Source of the DNA: a virus
Strand: one strand, 5' to 3'
IMG/VR virus record: IMGVR_UViG_3300031910_000005
Span: 211 to 64,210 of that record
Length of the DNA: 64,000 bases
The notes beneath the pieces were generated by a model. That model searched no databases. It was not told where the DNA came from and was given only the letters and a program-made list of their open reading frames with translations. A program made the position numbers and the translations under genes. This document shows, one piece after another, positions 18,442-26,808 of this stretch. Positions within the stretch are counted from its first letter, which is position 1. Each line of letters begins with the position of its first letter.

Positions 18442-19848
18442 TCACGCATGCACCAACGAAACAAAGCGCTTGTAGCGCGCCGCGTCGCCCGTGGCGGCGT
18501 CCGTGCGGACAGGCCAGTCGGCGAACAGCGACCACGCCATCGACACGATCTGCTGGAGGCGGTCGATCGGGGCGCGGATGATGAGCTTGATGCGCTCGCT
18601 CAGCACCTCGATGCCGTTGTTGGAGATCGACGGCTGACCGACCTTGCCGTTCAGACCGGCTTCGGTGATGAGCGCGTCCTGGTCCATCCAGTATTCGTAG
18701 ATGCCGCCCTGGCCCGTGAAGAGCGCGCGGAACAGCGGCGTGCCGGTCGCGGCGTTGCCGTTGTTGAACAGCTCGGGCGCGAACGGATCGCGCTGATCGA
18801 ACGTCGCCGTCGAACCACCGACCACCGTCGTCGACTGCGGGCACTCGGTGTTGTTCAGGAAGAGGATCCCCATGAACTCGCCGAGGGCGTACTGCCGATA
18901 ATAGTAGTAGTCCGGCAGCGCCGTGTTGAGGCGCTGGAACTCGGCGGTGTCGTACAGGCGCGCCTGCGTCACCGGGCTCATGTGGCAGTGGTAACGGCCG
19001 TCGGGATGGACGGGCACGTTGTTCTGCTGGAGGTTCGTGAGGCACGAACGCACGTCCGTGAACGTGGGCACGTCCGTCGAACCGACGTCGTCGACCTTGT
19101 TGCCGCCGCCGACGAGCACGAGATCGCTGCGGTCGATCGTCTTCACGAACGCGCGGTCGAGCACGTTGGTGACGTTGCCGCTCAGCGTGATCGTGCCGGG
19201 GCCGGTTTCGTCCCCGGGGGTGTCCGCCTGGAACGCGATGATGCTGAACGTCGCCGCCGCGCCGTTGTCGAAGATCGAGACGGACAGCGGGTTGTTCGTC
19301 GACACGAGGTCGAACTTCACCTGCGCGCCGTTCGCGAGGTTCGGATTGCGGGCGCGCGTGAGGCCGTTGAGGCGCTTCACGCGGATCGTCGCGACGCCGG
19401 CGAACGGACCGTCGACAACCGTCCAGCCGGACTCGGCCGCGTTATACATGCGGTCGCGAACGGCGCGGTTGATCGCCTGCGACGCCGCGAGACCGAGGCG
19501 ACGCGCGTTCGACAGGAACAGCTTGCCCAGCGCCACGGCGTCGGTCGGCATCGCGGTGTCGATGGCCGGCTTGCCGTACTGCTGGATCTGGGCCGTCCAC
19601 TGCTCGAACGGAGCGGTGGCTGTGTCCGGGTCCTGTCCCGGGATCAGCGGCGACGCATCCGGCGGGATCAGACCTTCACCGGTGAACACCATCGTGTCAC
19701 CGACGTTGCCCGGCCACTTCTGCGGCACAGCCTCGCCGCGGAACATGAGGCGGGGGAAGAGCGCGTTGTGGAACACACGCTCGAGGAGGCCGTCCTGCAC
19801 GATGGCTCGGACGGTGGGTGTCTGCGCGATGACAGAAAAGTCGGGCAC
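18442..19848 (-). CDS. Major capsid protein (N4 gp56-like HK97 fold)
   Basis: 468 aa after scaffold; WTAQIQQYG..IDT, YHCHMSP, PIDRLQQIVSMAW motifs. Confidence 0.85.
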   Translation of the reverse strand: MPDFSVIAQTPTVRAIVQDGLLERVFHNALFPRLMFRGEAVPQKWPGNVGDTMVFTGEGLIPPDASPLIPGQDPDTATAPFEQWTAQIQQYGKPAIDTAMPTDAVALGKLFLSNARRLGLAASQAINRAVRDRMYNAAESGWTVVDGPFAGVATIRVKRLNGLTRARNPNLANGAQVKFDLVSTNNPLSVSIFDNGAAATFSIIAFQADTPGDETGPGTITLSGNVTNVLDRAFVKTIDRSDLVLVGGGNKVDDVGSTDVPTFTDVRSCLTNLQQNNVPVHPDGRYHCHMSPVTQARLYDTAEFQRLNTALPDYYYYRQYALGEFMGILFLNNTECPQSTTVVGGSTATFDQRDPFAPELFNNGNAATGTPLFRALFTGQGGIYEYWMDQDALITEAGLNGKVGQPSISNNGIEVLSERIKLIIRAPIDRLQQIVSMAWSLFADWPVRTDAATGDAARYKRFVSLVHA

Positions 19849-19938
19849 GGTTTCTCTCCTGGTACGCCCACCATCCGGGTGAGCGGTCGTTGCTTCGTCT
19901 CTTCAAGGCACCGCGCAGTCTTCGCCGTGCCCTGCGAA

Positions 19939-20793
19939 TCAGTCTGCGAGGGTCGGATCGAGTCCGAGTTCCTCCATGCGCTTGCGCAGCTCTGCCGGGC
20001 TCATGTCGCGGGCGTTCTTCGCACTGCCGTTTGCGGGCGGTGCAGGAGGCGCCGGGTTCGCTCCGGGCTGCTTCGTCGCCGGCACGCCCGAACCGTTGCC
20101 GGTCGAGGCAGGCTTCACGACGGGAGCGGGAGCTGCGGTCTGCTCGCCGAAGAGGTACGGGCGCTGCTCACGGAGCTGGTCCCAATACTTCGCTTCGTCG
20201 AACTTCGCGAGGCGGTCGTGGTACGCCTTGTTGTCTTCGCCTTCCATGCGCTGCGGAATCGACTTGCGCAGGAGTGCGACGGCAACGTCAGGGTCCTTCA
20301 CACCGGCCTTCACGGCGCTCAGATGGAGCTCGAGCTCACCCTGCTTTTCGAGCGAGGTGCGTTCGATCTCGCGCGCCTTCTTGGCGAGACGCGAGTTCTC
20401 CTTCTGGAGCGTACGGACGCGGTCCTCCAGCTCCTTGATCTGGCGCTGGTAGGCTTCGGCTTCGCGACGGCTCGCACCGTTGCTCTGCCCGCCTTGCGCC
20501 GGAGCCTGTTGCTGAGGACGGCTTGCGGGAGCGCGCTTCGCCTGTGCCGCTGCCTGCTTCATCTCCTCGTAGGAGTTGAAACCGGCAGCCTTGGCTTCGG
20601 CGTCGAGCTTCGTCAGTGCCTCGCGCATGCCACGCTCGCGCTGTTCCTTCTTCAGCGCGGCGATCGTGCTCGGGGCCATGAACTGCCCACGCGGGTTGTT
20701 GGCGCCCTGTCCGTTACCGGACGTGGGTGCCTGCTGCTGGCCCTCGATACCGCCTTCGGTATTCGGGGCGTTCGGATCTGCTTCACCGGGCAT
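19939..20793 (-). CDS. Capsid scaffolding protein
   Basis: 284 aa coiled-coil, ends RPYLFGE...ARDMSPAELRKRM; directly upstream of capsid. Confidence 0.8.
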   Translation of the reverse strand: MPGEADPNAPNTEGGIEGQQQAPTSGNGQGANNPRGQFMAPSTIAALKKEQRERGMREALTKLDAEAKAAGFNSYEEMKQAAAQAKRAPASRPQQQAPAQGGQSNGASRREAEAYQRQIKELEDRVRTLQKENSRLAKKAREIERTSLEKQGELELHLSAVKAGVKDPDVAVALLRKSIPQRMEGEDNKAYHDRLAKFDEAKYWDQLREQRPYLFGEQTAAPAPVVKPASTGNGSGVPATKQPGANPAPPAPPANGSAKNARDMSPAELRKRMEELGLDPTLAD

Positions 20794-20984
20794 CGCTTGG
20801 TCTCTCTTCTGTCTGCCCTGGGGTGTCCCGTCTCTGGTCTTTCCGACTGTTTACCGTCGTCGTCACGTTAGTGAGGGCGAGGGCACTGTCGGGCTGAACG
20901 TCGATGGAACCAGGGATGCCGTTGGACGGACGTTGTCAGACTCAAACCCGCCCCGGCTCAGTCCGGGGATCGGGAGTGACTCAA

Positions 20985-21464
20985 TCAGGTGCTCGGCGCC
21001 CAGCCGGTGCCGAGATCGTTCAGCGCGCGCGGGCTGTACTCGATCGTGAAGCCCGTCACCGTGCCCTCGAACGTGAGCGTCTTGCCGTCGTCGCTGAGCA
21101 GCGCGATGCCGGGGCCGGTCGCTCCTGGAGCACCTGCGGTGCCGCCGGCGTCGGTCACGACACGCGGGCCGAGTGCGCCGGTGCCGACTGCGGTCACGCG
21201 GAGCGTGGTCACCGAGCGGATCGGGGGCAGCGCGCTGGCCGGAACTTCGCCCGCGGGGAGACCGGTCACGGTCGCCTTCGCGAACACAGCGGCCGACGTG
21301 AGGTCGAACGAGTTCGCAGCGGTGAGTCCCGTCACGACGGCCTTCACCGGCGACATCATGGTTCCGAGCGCGATCTTCTTGAGCGCGTCCGCCAGCGTGT
21401 TCGGATTCGCCTCGTTGAGGATCGTCTGGATGGTTTCGGCGAAGGTCTTGGTGGTCGTGGTCAC
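20985..21464 (-). CDS. Putative head decoration/structural protein
   Basis: 159 aa Ala/Gly/Thr-rich in head module. Confidence 0.45.
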   Translation of the reverse strand: MTTTTKTFAETIQTILNEANPNTLADALKKIALGTMMSPVKAVVTGLTAANSFDLTSAAVFAKATVTGLPAGEVPASALPPIRSVTTLRVTAVGTGALGPRVVTDAGGTAGAPGATGPGIALLSDDGKTLTFEGTVTGFTIEYSPRALNDLGTGWAPST

Positions 21465-21483
21465 GATGAACTCTCCTAGCGGA

Positions 21484-21867
21484 CTACGCCGCTTCTCCGA
21501 GGATGACGTCTACGAACGTTTCAACGCCAGGCGAGCGCGTCACGTCGATCGCAGTGATCGGAACCGTGCCCGTCATGACGTAGAAGAACGAGTCGACAGG
21601 GATCGACTGAGTCGCCCCTGCCGCTGAGGTCACGCGCAACGTGACCGGACCGCCAGTGACCTTCACCATCAGCACGTTCACGTTCGCGATCGCGCCGAGG
21701 GAGATGGGCACCGCGGCGTCCGCCGTTAGGTCGTACTGACCCGGGTCGGACAGCCGCTTGAGGACGAGCGACTCCGCGATCTGCGCAAGCACGGACGGCT
21801 GCGCCGACGCCGACGGATCGGTCGGTGTCGACTGCAACGTGCCCGTGAATTGCAGAAAGTCGGTCAT
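21484..21867 (-). CDS. Putative virion structural protein
   Basis: 127 aa beta-rich, in head module. Confidence 0.45.
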   Translation of the reverse strand: MTDFLQFTGTLQSTPTDPSASAQPSVLAQIAESLVLKRLSDPGQYDLTADAAVPISLGAIANVNVLMVKVTGGPVTLRVTSAAGATQSIPVDSFFYVMTGTVPITAIDVTRSPGVETFVDVILGEAA

Positions 21868-21875
21868 GGCTCAGA

Positions 21876-22061
21876 TCAGAGTCCGCCGATCTTGAACGGG
21901 GAGCTCTCGTCGCCCTGGGGCAACATCGGGATCTTCTTCTCGACAGGCATGGTGACCGTCGGGTCCGAGTAGCTCCCGTGCTGCTGGTCGTACACGTCGC
22001 GCGGGTCGTGCGTCTTGTCGATGCCGACCTTGCTCGCGAGATCGTCGTTGGGCGTGCTCAT
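21876..22061 (-). CDS. Small protein 4 of tandem array (paralog of protein 3)
   Basis: 61 aa MSTPNDDLASKVGIDK...SPFKIGGL. Confidence 0.75.
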   Translation of the reverse strand: MSTPNDDLASKVGIDKTHDPRDVYDQQHGSYSDPTVTMPVEKKIPMLPQGDESSPFKIGGL

Positions 22062-22110
22062 CGTCGTCGTCTCCGTGCGCATGCGGTGACACCGCTGCGC
22101 GGTGTAGTTC

Positions 22111-22293
22111 TCAGCGCTTCCCGTTCATCGCCCCGAAGGGCGGCGGGTTGGTCACCGGGGGCTCCGGCACAGACAGGTCCGCAGGGTTGCTGTCGACGTA
22201 ACGGCCGTGCTGCGCATCGTACGCATCGCGGGGATCGTTCGTACCCTTGTCCAGACCGACCTTGCCTGCGAGATCGTCGTTGGGCGTCGCCAT
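22111..22293 (-). CDS. Small protein 3 of tandem array
   Basis: 60 aa MATPNDDLAGKVGLDK...PPPFGAMNGKR. Confidence 0.75.
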   Translation of the reverse strand: MATPNDDLAGKVGLDKGTNDPRDAYDAQHGRYVDSNPADLSVPEPPVTNPPPFGAMNGKR

Positions 22294-22295
22294 GG

Positions 22296-22517
22296 TCACT
22301 TGCCTCCGGTGAGCTTGAACGGCGGCGGGTTGACCAGCGCGTCGACCGAGTCGCCGGCTTCGAGGTCCATGCGCGCACGCGCAGCTTCGCTCGGGTCGGT
22401 GTACCCGGCCTGTGCCGACTGCGGACCGAGGGGCGAGTACGCCTGCCCATCGAACCCGCTCGGGACAGTACCCTTCTGGAGTGCGAGCTCTCGCACGTTG
22501 CGGAACGTCTTGGGCAT
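22296..22517 (-). CDS. Small protein 2 of tandem array
   Basis: 73 aa ending NPPPFKLTGGK. Confidence 0.7.
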   Translation of the reverse strand: MPKTFRNVRELALQKGTVPSGFDGQAYSPLGPQSAQAGYTDPSEAARARMDLEAGDSVDALVNPPPFKLTGGK

Positions 22518-22726
22518 CAGCGCTTCCCCATGAGAGGCCCGAACGGCGTCGGACCGGAATCGGGCGGCTCGCGCTCTGCGTCGCTGATGTTCCCGGCCAT
22601 GATGCCCTCGGGCATCTGAGCTTGAACGCCGAAACCGAAACGCGCGTTGCCTGCGCGATCAGCTTCGACCTCTCGCTCTGCGAAAGGAACGATCGGAGAC
22701 ACAGGAATCGGCCGCCCACCTGCCAT
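22517..22726 (-). CDS. Small protein 1 of tandem array
   Basis: 69 aa ending PTPFGPLMGKR; TGATG overlap with next gene. Confidence 0.7.
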   Translation of the reverse strand: MAGGRPIPVSPIVPFAEREVEADRAGNARFGFGVQAQMPEGIMAGNISDAEREPPDSGPTPFGPLMGKR

Positions 22727-22749
22727 CGTGCTCGCAAGTCTGCGCGCGC

Positions 22750-22778
22750 TTGTCACAGTGCCGCACGGCAAATAAAGT
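22750..22778 (+). promoter_or_regulatory. Sigma70-like promoter with palindromic operator in spacer
   Basis: TTGTCA-N17-TAAAGT; spacer holds TGCCG-CA-CGGCA. Confidence 0.6.
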
Positions 22779-22788
22779 AGGGCACGCG

Positions 22789-23322
22789 ATGAGAGCGCCA
22801 CACACTCCCCCTGCCGGTCCCATTCGTATCGAAGCCGCGATCGAGTGTCTCGCACTCACGCTCGGCGTGAACCCTGTCGACGACGTCGCGATTCAGGCAT
22901 GGGCAGCAGAGCGCCACGTGATCCTCAACGCCCAGCGCAAGGAGTCGAACGACACGCGCTCCCCGGAATGGCTGCGACGCTTCGGCGACGTGAACCCGCG
23001 CGTGCGTGAGCGCACGATCATCGGCGAGTCAGTGCCGTCGACGTACGTTGCACCGCAGCCCGTGACGGGCCGCCCGCACGAGCTCCGCATGGACTCCGCG
23101 AACGCACTGCTCCTGCGCGCGCACCCTGCACTCGCAGTGCTCCCGTTGCACTTCGCGATGCTCGAGTCTCTGTACGGATTGGATGCGCTGGAGGCAGTGA
23201 AGCTGCCGGGGCCGCGCACATGGCACGATTCCCCGGTGTTGGCTGAGCAGCAAAGAGCGGCGGTGAGAAAGCGCGCTGCGGCGCGGTTGGATCGAGCGAC
23301 GAAGTTGAACTCGGATCAGTAG
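22789..23322 (+). CDS. Hypothetical protein on opposite strand (moron-like)
   Basis: 177 aa, protein-like composition, fills the gap, own promoter. Confidence 0.65.
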   Translation: MRAPHTPPAGPIRIEAAIECLALTLGVNPVDDVAIQAWAAERHVILNAQRKESNDTRSPEWLRRFGDVNPRVRERTIIGESVPSTYVAPQPVTGRPHELRMDSANALLLRAHPALAVLPLHFAMLESLYGLDALEAVKLPGPRTWHDSPVLAEQQRAAVRKRAAARLDRATKLNSDQ

Positions 23323-23897
23323 TCCTCGTCGTCGTCTTCGTCGTCGCCGTAGTCCTCGTCGTCTCCGCTCTCGTCGTCCGAGTCGTCGCCCTCACCGCCA
23401 CCGGCCGCGTAGACCTGTCCGCAGTGGAACAGGAACCCTGCGACTGCATCGGCGTCGGTGACGAAGCCCTCGTCTTCGAGGTGGTTCGCGAGCGCTTGCG
23501 CGTCGTCCTTCGAGACGCCCTTGAGCGACGACTTCATCTCGCTCACGAGGTCATCGGGGAGGGACTCGAGGCAGTCTTCGATCTCCTGCTTGTTCTCGTC
23601 GTCGGGGCTCTCGTCACTGGCGAGCATGTCCGCGTCGAGACCTTCGCACTGCTCTTCGACATCGGTCGCGTTGTCCTCGAGCAGCTTCACGAGCTTCGCG
23701 TACGACTTCAGATTCTCGGGGAGCTCGGCTGCTTCGTCGGCAGCGGTCTCGTCCTTCTCGTCCATGTCGGGATGGGCTTCATCGTGCGGGTTGCCACCCT
23801 TCGGCGGCTTCGCACCACCGCCACCACCCTTCGGTGGCATCACGGGGCCGGACTGACCACCGGCAACTGCGGCGAGCTTCTTGGGGTCGATGGGCAT
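23316..23897 (-). CDS. Highly acidic hypothetical protein
   Basis: 193 aa from MPIDPKK with RBS AGGAG; D/E-rich, ends DDEDYGDDEDDDEDY. Confidence 0.75.
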   Translation of the reverse strand: MPIDPKKLAAVAGGQSGPVMPPKGGGGGAKPPKGGNPHDEAHPDMDEKDETAADEAAELPENLKSYAKLVKLLEDNATDVEEQCEGLDADMLASDESPDDENKQEIEDCLESLPDDLVSEMKSSLKGVSKDDAQALANHLEDEGFVTDADAVAGFLFHCGQVYAAGGGEGDDSDDESGDDEDYGDDEDDDEDY

Positions 23898-24021
23898 GGT
23901 GTGCGTCTCCTGTGAGGGCATGGTTTGCACAACGTCGCAACCTATGCAACTGCGGTTGAGCAGGGCGCGGTAGCGAATCCTCGTTTGAGTGCACAAGTTC
24001 TTCGATCACGAGGTGGTTCCC

Positions 24022-24258
24022 ATGATTCGAGCAGCATTCGTTTTCACCGTTCTGTCTTTCGCAGCCTGCGGCCCTGTTTCACCGGAAGTCGTTCCGGTCG
24101 CGACAGGTGAAACGGCGTTTCCGGCAGAGCCCGCAGTTGCTCAGCCGATCGACTTCGACGCAGGACCGCAGCCCGACGGACTCGGCACCGCAGTCGTGTA
24201 CGACGCGAGTGCCGGTGAGGTCGGTGACCTCGGCTACGCTGTCGTGGTAGAGCAGTAG
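24022..24258 (+). CDS. Small lipoprotein (moron-like)
   Basis: 78 aa; MIRAAFVFTVLSFAA-C signal/lipobox; RBS GAGGTG. Confidence 0.65.
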   Translation: MIRAAFVFTVLSFAACGPVSPEVVPVATGETAFPAEPAVAQPIDFDAGPQPDGLGTAVVYDASAGEVGDLGYAVVVEQ

Positions 24259-24269
24259 CCCTCGACGAC

Positions 24270-24386
24270 ATCGCTGCCGCGAAATGGCTGCTTCGTTTCC
24301 GCGCTAGCTTCCGAATGGTTCGGGAGAGGTGCGGCAGGTGACTGACACACCTGGGACCAACGGAGCGGTCATTCCGCGGCAGCGAT
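24270..24386 (+). ncRNA. 117-nt structured element (long stem plus three-way junction) between convergent genes
   Basis: 17-bp inverted repeat (1 mismatch) 24270-24286/24370-24386 extended by GCTGCTTCGTT/AACGGAGCGGT; inner hairpins TCCGAA/TTCGGG and CAGGTG/CACCTG. Confidence 0.55.
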
Positions 24387-25345
24387 CACGTCACCGGAAC
24401 GCGCATCGAGCCGTTCCACTTCCAACCCGGAATCCCCCAGTGCGGACGCCACGGCATTACGGCCGCGCGATCGTTCGGACGGTTCGGCGGGAACTCGTAG
24501 TGCAGCCCCCATCGCTCTGACGCGACGCGCTCGTCGGTCGGCATGACGAACGCCTCTCCGGGGCGCGCGACTTGCCCGTGCATCGCCATCGAGTCCGGTG
24601 CGACGCGATCGTCGAACGGCTGCCCGGTCGCGTCGTCCACGTGCTCGTTCCAGCGCATCATCATGTCGTCGAGCTCAGTCGATGCGTCGCGCACGGCGTC
24701 GTAGGTCGCGCCGTTGTACGCCCACGCTGTCTCGGTGCGCGCGATGCGCTCCGCCTGCCACCACTCCAGGTCGCCGCGGATGCGGATTCGCTCAGTCGTC
24801 TCGAGCACGGTCTCGCCCTGCAAGATGCTCTTCGCGAGCTCCTGCTCGAACTGCGTGATGAGCCGTGCGCCGTAGCGCGCCATCGAAGTCTGGATGCGAT
24901 CAGGCAGCACGCCGTGCCCTTTCGCATTGCGGAGCAGGGAGCGCGTGGGTGCGCCGATGCCGACGAAGCGTGCCGCCTCTTCGACGGGGAGCACGGGCGT
25001 CGTTCCGCTGTACCGCTCTTCGAGCTTCGCGATGTTCTGCAGCGTTGAGGAGCGGCCCTCGACCTGTGCCTCGTGCGCGTGATCGACCAGCGCACCGCTC
25101 AGCCGCGGCACGAGCTCGCGCACTCTGTCCCGCAGTTGTGCGAGCACGATGCGGCGATGGTGCGCAGTGAACGTGTCCTTGTCGCGACCGCGGAGCAGCG
25201 TGCGCGAGCGCCGCTCCATCTCGTCGAGCGACTGCTGGTAGAGCTTGTGCAGACGTGCAGCGCTGCCGCGCTCCGCGACGCGGTTCAGCCGCCGCAGGTG
25301 CTCCTGCGCGACTTCGGTGAAGACCTGCGCGCTACGCTTCGCCAT
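24386..25345 (-). CDS. Head morphogenesis protein (Mu gpF/SPP1 gp7-like)
   Basis: 319 aa; QAERIARTETAWAYN and PPNRPNDR motifs. Confidence 0.85.
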   Translation of the reverse strand: MAKRSAQVFTEVAQEHLRRLNRVAERGSAARLHKLYQQSLDEMERRSRTLLRGRDKDTFTAHHRRIVLAQLRDRVRELVPRLSGALVDHAHEAQVEGRSSTLQNIAKLEERYSGTTPVLPVEEAARFVGIGAPTRSLLRNAKGHGVLPDRIQTSMARYGARLITQFEQELAKSILQGETVLETTERIRIRGDLEWWQAERIARTETAWAYNGATYDAVRDASTELDDMMMRWNEHVDDATGQPFDDRVAPDSMAMHGQVARPGEAFVMPTDERVASERWGLHYEFPPNRPNDRAAVMPWRPHWGIPGWKWNGSMRVPVT

Positions 25346-25649
25346 CGGCAGACGCCTCGGTGCGGACGCGCATCGCCCACTCCCACACGCGGAGCTTCCA
25401 GCCGTACCACATGCGCCGCGCCCACCACTTCATCACGAAGCGCGCGATGCGCACGGCGTTGGCCGGCGAGAGCGAGTGCTGCACGACCACGGCCCCGCGG
25501 GTCGCGTCGTGGTAGTAGAGCTCGATCGCGTCGCCGTCGAACACCCACAGTGCGTAGCTCCCGCCGGGTTCGACGAGTCGGACTGCGGTACGCCCGCCAG
25601 GACGTCCGCTCTTCGCGATGCGCTCTGCGATGCTCGTGCTGATGCTCAT
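25332..25649 (-). CDS. Hypothetical protein
   Basis: 105 aa, overlapping neighbours in operon. Confidence 0.6.
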   Translation of the reverse strand: MSISTSIAERIAKSGRPGGRTAVRLVEPGGSYALWVFDGDAIELYYHDATRGAVVVQHSLSPANAVRIARFVMKWWARRMWYGWKLRVWEWAMRVRTEASADGEA

Positions 25650-25823
25650 TCAATCCATCTCCGGGTTGTGCACGATGACCTGCCCCGAACCTTCACTCGG
25701 GAACTCGATGATCTTCTGCACGCAATGCCCGGCCGCGCAAGTCTCGCAACCGTCTGCGCGGACTTCGTTCACTGTGAATCGGTAGCGGCTACCGTCGAGA
25801 TCTTCGATCCACTCGTCGCTCAC
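25650..25823 (-). CDS. Small hypothetical protein
   Basis: 57 aa MSDEWIEDLDGSRYRF...CETCAAGHC, translated by hand. Confidence 0.5.
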   Translation of the reverse strand: MSDEWIEDLDGSRYRFTVNEVRADGCETCAAGHCVQKIIEFPSEGSGQVIVHNPEMD

Positions 25824-25965
25824 TGCTCGCCCCTTTGCGTGCGTTACGGCGCGCGATCATCTCGCGCAAGTCCATCGCTGCGTCCGCAACGCCGTGCCAG
25901 TCCTCTTCGTTGAACTTCATCAGGAGGTACTTCTTCATGAGCTCGATCTTCTCGTCGTCGTTCAC
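25789..25965 (-). CDS. Small hypothetical protein
   Basis: 58 aa MNDDEKIELMKKYLLMKFNEEDWHGVADAAMDLRE; GTGA overlap with HNH gene. Confidence 0.55.
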   Translation of the reverse strand: MNDDEKIELMKKYLLMKFNEEDWHGVADAAMDLREMIARRNARKGASSERRVDRRSRR

Positions 25966-26399
25966 TTGTCACCTTCGGGCGTGACCTGCGACGAGTCGAT
26001 GCCCTCCTCGCGCGCCTCGTTGTGCAGGCGATCGTGGCAGCGGCGGCAGATGGACGTGATCGCGGAGCGCGCGTTCTTGTGCCCCATGCGGCTCATGCGG
26101 TCGCTCGAGACGACGCCGGCCTTGTGATGGAGCTGGAGCCCGCCGTTGTCCTTGTTGCCTTTCTCCCCGCACACCTTGCAGCGCCATCCGTCGCGCCGAA
26201 AGATGCCGAGCACGAGCGACGGCGACAGCCCGCCCTTCCCTCCGGTCGTGAGCAGCGAGCCTTCCTTCTTCGCCTCGCGTCGCATGCTGCGCAGTGCAGC
26301 GCGCTCCTGCGGAGGCAGAAGGTCGCGGCGCGCCCGATCGCTCTTGCGCTGCTCGGCGGTGACGACTCGTGCGAGATGCTCTCCCATCGGGCTGCTCAC
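25962..26399 (-). CDS. HNH endonuclease
   Basis: IFRRDGWRCKVCG...LQLHHK...ICRRCHDRLH. Confidence 0.85.
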   Translation of the reverse strand: MSSPMGEHLARVVTAEQRKSDRARRDLLPPQERAALRSMRREAKKEGSLLTTGGKGGLSPSLVLGIFRRDGWRCKVCGEKGNKDNGGLQLHHKAGVVSSDRMSRMGHKNARSAITSICRRCHDRLHNEAREEGIDSSQVTPEGDK

Positions 26400-26806
26400 T
26401 TCCTGCCGTGACCGCCGAGGTACTCCTTCTTGCCGGAGCTCGAGACCACGAACGTGCCGCCATGCTTACCACGCTGGAGCGCGTGCATGTGGGCCGCGCC
26501 CTGGCCGTGCATGAGAGCGTGGTGCGCGGCGTTCGCTGTCGCCTGCGACTTGCGGGCTGCGAGTGCGTGCTTCGCTGCCTCGAACAGGCTCCCGCGGGAC
26601 AGCGCGTGCGCAGCCATGTTGCGGTGCTCGGCGGCCTTCTCGGCCTTCAACCCTGAGCGTGCTTCATGACGGCGCTGGTGCTCGGCGGCGATACGGTCGT
26701 GGCGAGCTGCGAGCTTCGTCGCACCCTTCTCGCGCGCCATCGCCGCATGCTTGCGATGCGTCTCTGCGATCTCGGCATTGGAGCGACGTCGCGCGCGATC
26801 CGCCAT
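26396..26806 (-). CDS. Basic His/Ala/Arg-rich protein with C-terminal PBCV basic adaptor-like motif
   Basis: ends QRGKHGGTFVVSSSGKKEYLG. Confidence 0.7.
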   Translation of the reverse strand: MADRARRRSNAEIAETHRKHAAMAREKGATKLAARHDRIAAEHQRRHEARSGLKAEKAAEHRNMAAHALSRGSLFEAAKHALAARKSQATANAAHHALMHGQGAAHMHALQRGKHGGTFVVSSSGKKEYLGGHGRK

Positions 26807-26808
26807 GA

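Noticed and set aside
20820-20860. c-di-GMP-I riboswitch suggested by GGTAAAC...GAAA
   Set aside because: Lacks the GCAAAG junction and the P3 tetraloop receptor
24320-24370. HDV-like or twister ribozyme suggested by TGGTCCCAG
   Set aside because: Complementary P2 strand and catalytic junction motifs not found
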